NCBI GenBank assembly: GCA_032718475.1
Contig: JAUCBJ010007299.1
Coordinates: forward strand, 1 to 64,000
Direction: 5' to 3'
From: Nemertoderma westbladi
Lineage: Eukaryota > Animalia > Xenacoelomorpha
Length of the DNA: 64,000 nt
Position numbers and translations under genes: made by a program. How positions within the stretch are numbered: the first letter of the stretch is position 1; each line of letters starts with the position of its first letter. Below are positions 13,340-22,500 of this stretch, piece after piece. Under the pieces are notes generated by a model that worked only from the letters and a program-made list of their open reading frames with translations, was not told where the DNA came from and did not search any database.

Positions 13340-15220
13340 TATAGAATTATATTCTCTAAATGCCGTGGATTTTCAAAATTTTATTTTATTCGAATTAACT
13401 TTGTAAAAGATTGCTTTGAATCCTCATTTGTATTTGTTATATCTATTGTACGCCTATCGGTCAAGTGGTTCAGTAGCTCAGTCGGTAGAGCGTTGGAAAT
13501 TATATGTGTAGTAGGTATTGAGTTCGAATCCTAGTAAGTGCGAATTATTTTTTGTGCAGAATTTCAACTCATTTAAATTAACCGCTACAAATTAATTGCA
13601 TTTGTCTGTACCAATGAGACTGTAGTTATTTGATTGTAACCAATGTCGTGCAAGTTATATATTAGCTGGACCAATAGCTATCTTTAAAACCCTGTTAGAA
13701 CCTATAGAACAATCGAGAATTTTCTCGATTGATTGCAGCACAAATTTGCTATATAAAGGTGCGATTTGTTCATTAGTTACTACTTCTCAGATTATCTTAT
13801 CAATATTCTGTCGTGCTTAGTTTATTTCAGATTACATTGTATTATAATTATATCTTCTGTAATAAAGTCAGAATTATCGCTAATCTGCCTTTTCTATCTG
13901 TTTTACCATGATTCACTACGGTGAACAAACCTAAGGGACAGGATGGCCAGCTAGAGATCGGGCCGCAGCAATGAACGGGAACATCGGGGGAATGTAGACC
14001 AGAGACAACCCGCAATACCATCTTGAGTTATTCGCCCATCGCCTAAAAGGTTAGACAGCGTTTGACGCCTTGCTACCCAAGTGTAAGACCGAAGATCATA
14101 AGGTAGAAGTAGTGACACGCTGTGAGCCTAAAATTACATCTTAGGGACTGTACTGTCTTGATTCAGGAAAAACCACAGTAGACCTTCATATTCCTACGGG
14201 TAGAGGGAAAGAGCAGGCAGATACTAGTACGCAGATAGGACGTAGGCACACTGGTACGAAGCATACAAATTGGTAGGGTGCAGCAAACTGTACGCCTAAC
14301 TCTTGCTAAGTACAGGTGTGTGTGCGACTATTTGTAGTACGACAGTGTCCATTGCATTAGAACTTGTAGGCTAGGGGGTTGCTGTGTTTTCACCTGAATT
14401 GGGATTGTACCGTTCAGGCGGTAGGGCAGTTTACAGCTAGGCGCAAATAAATTGAGGCTATTAGGGATACTAACATCTACCGTGTCCCCGCCAACGCCCT
14501 AATAGGAAGTTACCCGGACTACCTGGGTGACTAAAATTCTAGATAGGAGCCAGGATAGCTATTAGTAACTGTACGCCTACAGTAGTAAACTAACACATCT
14601 CTTCTTAGTATCAGGGACCTGGTACCTAAAATTGCCGAATTCTGGGCGTAGCATTAACCTTATGCCTGAATTTGAGTCCTGGAAATACGCAAGAGGGGAA
14701 GGAACCTTATCATTCGTGAGTATTGGACCTACAAGTTACAAAATTAGAATATTCGTAAAATGCACACCGTACCCAGTAATTATATATGTGAAGGAGCAAA
14801 ACTGTTTTTGACCGTTCAGAATTAACACACGCGCGTTAGAAATTATTTACACCTCAAAATATATAAAATTAACTTTTGTCCTTACTGTGTTTTGCCGCTA
14901 GTTAGACATTTCCAAATCTCTGCCTGTACCTAGCTAGCGTCTCTTTCGCCCAACCATATAAATCACACCGCGGCAAAGTATACGAGCCCCTTAGTCCGTC
15001 AGTGAGTCAGCCTGATTTTAGGATTCGCTGCGCGGGATTTTGTTTTATCGAAGTTTGTCTGCTCGTAGACTGTTTTCTGCCTCACCGGTTATAAGAGATC
15101 GATACTGCAATATATTCGCTTACTTAGAGTTTACTGTTTTGGTGAGAAGGTCGGATTTATGATTTGATTTACAAACTTTACAGTAAGATATTGCAGGTAT
15201 TGTTACCGTCTCTTCATATA
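13340..15220 (+). repeat. 5' LTR of element B
   Basis: Near-identical to 29265-31145. CCAAT boxes at about 13610-13675, TATATAAA at 13750-13757, AATAAA at 13861-13866. Confidence 0.96.
13467..13553 (+). ncRNA. tRNA-like Pol III cassette in the 5' LTR of B
   Basis: A box TAGCTCAGTCGG (13474-13485), D-arm GCTC/GAGC, B box GAGTTCGAATCC (13520-13531), T6 (13548-13553). Acceptor and anticodon stems do not pair. Confidence 0.6.
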
Positions 15221-15231
15221 GTAGGAATATG
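15221..15231 (+). promoter_or_regulatory. Non-tRNA primer-binding site of B (GTAGGAATATG)
   Basis: Abuts the LTR, has no TGG, and is the exact complement of LTR-internal CATATTCCTAC (14187-14197). Confidence 0.75.
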
Positions 15232-16020
15232 TTTTACTGAACTACGGTTCGGTAGGACTAAAGTTATTTGAAAATTTTGTATTTTGAGGTAAAAGTTTGT
15301 ATTTGATTAGCTAAGTGCTAATTTTTGAAATAAAATTTGGTTTGAACCGCGTGTAAAATATTTTGGAATTGAATACCGGTGTTTAAAAGGGTTTAAATAC
15401 CATATTGTACCGGTACAAAATTTTTCGTAAAAGTAAAACCTAACTCTTTTGTTTTTTCAGGATTCAGAACTCATTTCTAGACTGTAACGGGAGCAAGACC
15501 GTGTTTAGCAAGTTTGGGAGATAGATAACTCAACAACTTTGGTTGGGAAAATCGCGCTTCGTCCGCAACGTTAAAAACGGAAAGGTTCACGTCCGGTTTG
15601 TATCTGGGAATCTGTTTTTCTGGAGAATTATTGGAGTGGGTGAGTTCGAAAAGTTGCATAAATAAGTTAGGCATTACCGTATTAGTAAAAATTATTGTGG
15701 GTTCCACTGTCTCAAGTATTTATGCATTCCGTATGATTTCTTTGTTCATTGCTGAATTAGTCCGTATTATTGTATTTAATTTACCTTTTGATAACGCATA
15801 TCGTTATCCGATTTAAAATTGGCCGCTAGGCTAATTTTATTATATACTTATTCCGTGACATTTATTTGCTGTAAAATTGGCCGTTTAGGCTAATTTTATC
15901 CATCTGCTATAAAATCGGCCGGTAGGCTAATTTTATATGACTGTAATTAGTACCGTTTAGATATAAATACGGTAAACTCGATACTTTGACACTCACTTTA
16001 CTTGACTTACAACTACCGAA

Positions 16021-18300
16021 ATGAGTGACAAACAAGACTATACGAAGAACACACCTACCGACTATGACTCGTGTGACGCGGATAAGTCAGCAGCGGAAGA
16101 ACAACAGGGGAAGACTCGCGAGCCTACCGAACCTACACCGTGTGCGTCACCAGTACATCCAACGGGAGTACCGGATGCCGTAGTACGAGGCGACGGCAGG
16201 ACCGAGGACTTTCTAACTGTTCCGCAACCTAGATACAGGGAAACGGAGATGGTAAGTTCAGTAGGAAGCCAGGAGAGCGTAGTTAGAAGCGTCGGCGGTT
16301 ACATGGCGCATATTACCAGGAGTATTGGAGAAGGCCAACGCATATTAGACGAGTTAACCGCTCCGATGTCTCGGTTCGAGTTCTACACTCTACAGGTGAG
16401 AGTACAGAGTAAAGTATATAAGTCCGTAGATAACCTAATTGGTCTACAAGATCTAGCTAGACAGAGACAGGATATGGACACTCAGCTTAGAATCCTCGAG
16501 AAACTAATGATCACTAGAGAGAAACTGATTCAGTTTAAGTCGACGATTAGGCAGATACAACAGGAACAAGCGGACCAGTTGTTAGGTGAGTCAGTTTCGG
16601 ACGAATTATTGCAACCCGAGGAAGAACAGGAACTGTACAGGCTAGATGGACAATTGAAACACCTGACGGATCACTTACGCATGTGCGGCGAGGACGTCGG
16701 AGATTGGGAAACCGTGCCGGAGGCTACGAGGGAAACTTCACTCGCACAAATCGAACTGGCACCGGGAACACTAAATCAATCACTGGTGAGTATTCGCAGC
16801 GAAATTGGCGAGGTGAGTATGGCTACGTCAGAAATTGCTCGACAACAGCAGCTCTACAGACAACAACAGGAGATGGAGGAACAAACTGAACTGCTAATGG
16901 CACAAGCAGCAGTACAAGAAGAGAAACTACGTGTTGCGAATGTTGCAAGAATCTCTCATCTGCAAGAACAAGCCGAGTTGGAAGCAGCCGAGATGGAAAG
17001 ATTAGAGTTGGACATTGCACAACAGGCAGCGGCAGCGGCAGCGGCAGCGTCCGAGTTAGAGCGACAAAGGTTAGCTTCAGAAGCGAGAACCGAAATGAAA
17101 AAACGGCAAATAAAGGCTCAATCAGCTATACGACAAGCGGAGTTCGAGGCGCAACAACAACAGACGGAACAACGCGAGAAGGAAGTTAAACTTCATTTCG
17201 AACTCGGGAAGAAGGCGAGAGAATTAGCCAACGCGAAGGAAGATCTGGATCTACAAGCCCGCGATCGATCGATGAGATCTCGTGACGGACATGATTTGGA
17301 CCAGTTAGAGGTAAGGCACCGTCAAATTCAGGAACGAATGAAGGAAGGAAGTGTAGGGGCACCTGGGCGAGAAAGACAACTAGTAAAGGACTTATGTCAA
17401 AGATTCCCTCAAGTAACTCCTATGTTTGCACCGGTTACGACTAAGGAACCTGTTTCGATTGCTGGTAGTAGTAATATTTCTCCTATCCATGGTGCGACGG
17501 AACACAGGTTTGTTATTCCGGACAAGTTTACACCGCCAAGAGCAACGTCATCGCCTATTCCGAAAGTCAAGGTAAGTAACCCGCCGATTACAGATCGTAG
17601 TAGTTTATTAGTCGAACCTGTATTACTGACGACTAAACAGGTGAGTCCACCGTCGACACCTAAACCCGTTACACACTACGCTTACCCAATGACGTTTAGG
17701 CCTTCAAGGCCTTTAGATTCAAACGCTGTCACTCGACCACCGGTTCAGTTTACATCGCAATCTACGACTTCGAGGAAGACTTGTGAGCCTACCGAGCAAC
17801 GGAGACCAGTGGATACGCGACCGTTTAATCAGTTTACATCGCAATCTACGACTTCGAGGAAGACTTGTGAGCCTACCGAGCAACGGAGACCAGTGGATAC
17901 GCGACCGTTTAATCAGTTTACATCGCAATCTACGACTTCGAGGAAGACTTGTGAGCCTACCGAACAACGGAGACCAGTGGATACGCGACCGTTCAACCGG
18001 TTTACATCGCAATCTACGACTTCGAGGAAGACTTGTGAGCCTACCGAACAACGGAGATCAGTGGACGATGTTCCGAAACGAAACGTGAGAATTCGTACGA
18101 CGCAACGGACGCGAACACGTCGACCACCATATCCAGATGATAGTAGTACTTCGAGCGAATCGGATTACCCGAAACGCGAGGTATTTAGAACAGGGGCGGC
18201 CGATGAATACAAACGCGAGCATTCAGACAACTCCTTTGCAGACAATCCTCCACAGAATACACCAACACAGAAGGCGTTACAACCAACGGACGCAATCAGT
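16021..18300 (+). CDS. Gag-Pol of B, exon 1 (760 codons; long coiled-coil/low-complexity N-terminal extension)
   Basis: ORF 16021-18306; its last codon and TAA stop come from the insertion. Homologous to the uninterrupted ORF of A. Confidence 0.9.
17742..18066 (+). repeat. 84-bp (28-aa) coding tandem repeat in gag, about 3.8 copies (about 2.8 in A)
   Basis: FTSQSTTSRKTCEPTEQRRPVDTRPFNQ repeated. Confidence 0.95.
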
Positions 18301-19523
18301 ACCTAAAGAGGTGAGGTCTCTATAAGGGTGCTGATAGCAGGCGGCGGCGGACTCGTGAGGGTCTGGGGACACGTTAAAACCTGCGTCCGTAAGTGCAAGG
18401 GAGATACTTAAGGCCCTCGTGTCTAACGAACCATGAATTGTCATGGTGCCGTGGTACCGTCTAGTCGGCCTGTTGCCGTACTGCCAGTCCTGTACACAGT
18501 AGGGGTGGTGGCATGGTGTGATTTGTGGTTCATGTGGCGTGAACTATGTTTTGTATGTGGGCGATCAGTGGCAGTTTGCTTGGGGCTTGGATGGTTCCAT
18601 TGGCCATCAGCTGTTCCGTTTTTTTGATACTATATGTTATTGTCTCCATGTTCAGCTGATTGGTCTTTGGTGGCATTGGAATAAACTGTCGGGTCTTGAG
18701 CTTTCTGTTGCTGTGGGTACGTGAGTACACGTGATTGTATGTGTGGCCACTGCGAGTGGGTATGGGAACCCTTGCCAGTTGGACAAGACGCCGCTGGTAT
18801 TAGTAGGACCATACTTTACTGCGCCCCAGCATACTTTGTGCACACAAAGTTATTTTACCCTGTCGGTAAAATAAGGTACTCTCGATTTTGCCGTTTGTCG
18901 ATACAATTTTGTCCCCTCTGATTTTGTCTTTCTCGATTTTGACCCCGATTTTGTCTTTACCCGATTATGTCCTCTGTGTGTGCATGGTATGTGTCAGATT
19001 TTGTGTTTACCGTAGTGTACTTGATTTCGTGAACATCTGTTGAGTACACGTGTACAGGACGGGTAAGTGGTTACTTGTTCCTAGCTTTCGAGCTAGTCAG
19101 TATTGTTGAGGAACGGTGTCCCCTCAATACTGCCGGCGAGGCAGGTGAAAACGTGTCAAAATTCCATGTTGGGTAGCGCAAGCCCACATGGGACAAGACC
19201 GTCGGTTAGGCCCAAGGGCGACCTTGGTGCTCGATCGCTATCGACTGGTCCACCTGCCGGTTGACTCTTTGTTATACTTGGAGTTGGCTCAATGTACAGT
19301 CAGGCCACAGTAAGTTGACAGTAGCCGCCCATCTGGCTACACGTTCGACGAGCTGTGCTGGTGTGATCGGGGGACCGAAAACAGAACCCGGGAAGCATCA
19401 GGCCACCCTCCGGCCCGGTCTGATAATAACATCAGTCGGACTGGCCCCAGAGGTGGTGGAACCACGTCCGCCTCGTGGGTGCGCCTCGGAGTTATCGGAG
19501 AGGAGCCCAAAAGGACGAAAGTG
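18301..19523 (+). ncRNA. Group I self-splicing intron (1223 nt) in the gag of element B
   Basis: Follows exon T18300 and ends in G19523. P1 18292-18300/18330-18338 with U.G. P3 19140-47/19251-58. P4 19151-57/19197-202. P5 19162-68/19187-93. P6 19203-07/19233-37. P7 19241-47/19297-302. P8 19259-67/19281-89. J8/7 CAATGTA. Absent from A; excision is in frame. Confidence 0.88.
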
Positions 19524-22500
19524 ACACAACAGTTCGCCGACATCATGCGACCAGTTGTTAACAAGTTGGCTCAGATCGAGGAGCGTCCGGAGGAAGTTCA
19601 AACCGATAGTTCGAGGAACACTGAATTCGAACACAATAGACACCCGAAGGAACCACAAAGACCGGTACCTTCAAAACACCCATCGTATCAGGGAAAAGCG
19701 CCAAGAAGGGATATCAACTAGTGTACCAACCAAGGACGCGAAACTCTGAACGTTGCCGAGGAGATAGCGAAATTCGCAGCCAGACAGGGATTGCCGGTGC
19801 AACAACCACCGAAGTTTTCTGGTAGCTCAAAACACTGGCACACTTTCGTAGACTATATCGAATCTCAGATCGCCGTGTGCGCCTTTACATCACGGGAGAA
19901 GTTTAATTACCTGCTTCAAACGTTGTCAGGAGAACCTAAACGTTTGGCAGAGACCTTCGTTGGTGTACCGGACGCCTTCGAATTAGTGTACGATCGTTTA
20001 ACTTCGATATATGGAGGTACAGTCAGTATGGCCAGGTCAGTAATAGAGGAACTCTGTAAGGGAGGGGCTATCACTAAACCCGTCGACTTATTAAAACTGG
20101 CCGACGAGATAAAGAACGCTATCACTACTTTAAGATCCATTGGACAACTTGACTACGGGAATACCCCTACAGTCCTATTAAAGATCATAGGACGACTCCA
20201 CCATCGACTTCGTCGGGAGTGGAGAAAGATCGAATACCAGCGAGAAGAGCGGGGTGGATTCTTAAAACTAGAGGATGTGTACCTTTTGATATCCAGGGAA
20301 GCAGTTGTAGAAACTCGATCCAACTACACTGACCAGCACATCGTAGCAGAAGGGATCACCTTGCCATCCTCCAACCGACAAAAACCTCAGACAACATCCA
20401 CCAAGACGGCCACATACGCCACATCGACGGAAACCCGACAATTCTCGGACGGTAGTAGAGTATCTGCGCCCATTGGGACAAAACAGACGAGACAACAACT
20501 CAGTACCGACTTCAGCGGCTGCCAATACTGCGAGCATTTGGGCAAGCGGTATATCGGTCACAAGTTGAGAGGTTGTCGACAGTTTCGCGAGTTAAACTCG
20601 GAAGAACGACGGCTGCAGATACGGCCATTGGACTCTTGTTGGCGGTGTACGCGACACGGACACGTCCGTAAAGATTGCCCAAATACCGACACTTGTCCAT
20701 CCTGTGGACGCAACCACAACGGTCTGCTCCACACAGACAGCCACACACCGACAAAACGCTTCGCCAGGGAACACCCGGAAGCAGCAGCGAGATGTGATGC
20801 GGCCTACAGAAAACGAGAATCGAAAACGACTCCGACCTTCGTGACCCATATTGAGGATTGCTTCTCTGAACAACCCGGATCGTCGGACGAAGAGTCAGAA
20901 GACGACGACGTATATTCGGATGGAGATGAACAGCCATCGATCGCGCTTCTGACTACTGACCAACTGAAGGGATTCAGTGTAATTCCGATTAAGATTACTG
21001 GCACAAAGGGGAGTAAGAGAATCTACGCTATTCTAGATTCAGCCTCTTCTCACAGTTACGTGGATGAAAAGATAGCTGACGTCGTGACGGATCTCAGACA
21101 AGGTAAGCGCGTCAGTTATACCGTAAGTAGTATGCACGGACAGCGTGCAATACCAGTGACACGAGTCAAGTTAAACTTAGACTCTCTTCTTCCGAAATCG
21201 CAACACAGCGAGAGGGAGAGGTCTTTGTTACCCTTCAAGGATTTGACCTTTGCGGCCACCAAAGACTTTAGTAACTTACTAGGTCCGGTCCCAGAACAAT
21301 CCTTGAAGGACCGTAAGTATTTCAGACACCTTGGTGTACTCGAATGTCCTGTCAATTATAGATCGGTAGCCATGCTGATCGGGACAGACCAATTCAACCT
21401 ACACCAAGTGTGGGAAACCAGACCATCGGCAGTCGTAGCGGGAAACGCATACGCCTGTAGAACGCCGATAGTGTGGTATACTCGAGCGCCTGTGCGCACA
21501 CTAGACGTAAGTGACGAGGAAGACGATGTACAAAGTACATGTAGTTTATTAACTACAAATTCAATTCATTCCTTCTCACACGACGTGAACCATACTACAC
21601 TACAGTCGACAAAACGTGACAGACGTGTGACTAGTATGATAAGTCACAAGGAGCAGCTAATCCACCAGCGGAGTTTAGAACTTGGGGAGAAGACGAGTCA
21701 GCTAGAGATTCCATCGATGACAGATGATAACGCCGGAAGGCTTGCGAGTCTACCTACCCCAACGACATCAACAATGCACGTCGATATCGATGATGACGCG
21801 TTGAGAAATCATCAAATGGAACAAGCTGCACTGGACAAAGAATTAACGGAGAAGACTATCAGGTGGTTAGAACAAGATACAGCTGAACCTGGTAGCTATG
21901 AACCTTGTATGTCAGAACAGGAGAAACAATCTCTGAAGATCATGGAAGATACTATCCGCCAGACGGAGGACGGACATTATGAGGTAGGGATGTTATGGCG
22001 TAGCCAAAGTCCTAAACTCATAAATAACTACCCACTGGCTTTAAGACGTCTACACTCAATCCGACAGCGTCTATTAAAGGACGAGAAAGCCCATCTGCAG
22101 TACAACACTCAGATGGAGACATATTTGACCAAGGGATACGCTATCCGGATGACTAACCCAGAGATAGTGACTGACCAGACGTACTACTTGCCACATCACT
22201 ACGTGAGACACCCCGACAAACCAGACAAAGTACGTGTAGTCAATGACTGTGCGGCTCTGTTTGAGGGAATGTCCCTCAATAGCGAGTTGATGGATGGACC
22301 AAACATGAATAATTATCTTATGGGGGTGATTATGCGCTTCCGTCAGCGTCAAGTAGCTTTTACTTGTGACGTTGAAGCGATGTTTCACCAAGTGAGAGCG
22401 TTAGAGCGAGACAGAGACAGTTTGCGGTTCCTCTGGTACCTGGAAGGAGACTTAAGTCTACCACCGGCGACTTACCAAATGCAAGTTCGCGTTTTCGGTG

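Noticed and set aside
13467-13542. Functional tRNA gene or self-encoded tRNA primer
   Set aside because: Acceptor and anticodon stems do not form, and there is no complementarity to the PBS.
18301-19523. Insertion as a spliceosomal intron, group II intron or DNA transposon
   Set aside because: The boundaries set by the empty site are not GT-AG or GTGYG. I saw no domain V or TIRs, and at most a 2-nt AC redundancy. The group I pairings explain both ends.
19495-19523. Hammerhead-like GAGCCCAAAAGGACGAAA at the intron end (similar at about 26568-26590)
   Set aside because: No CUGANGA core and no convincing stems I or III.
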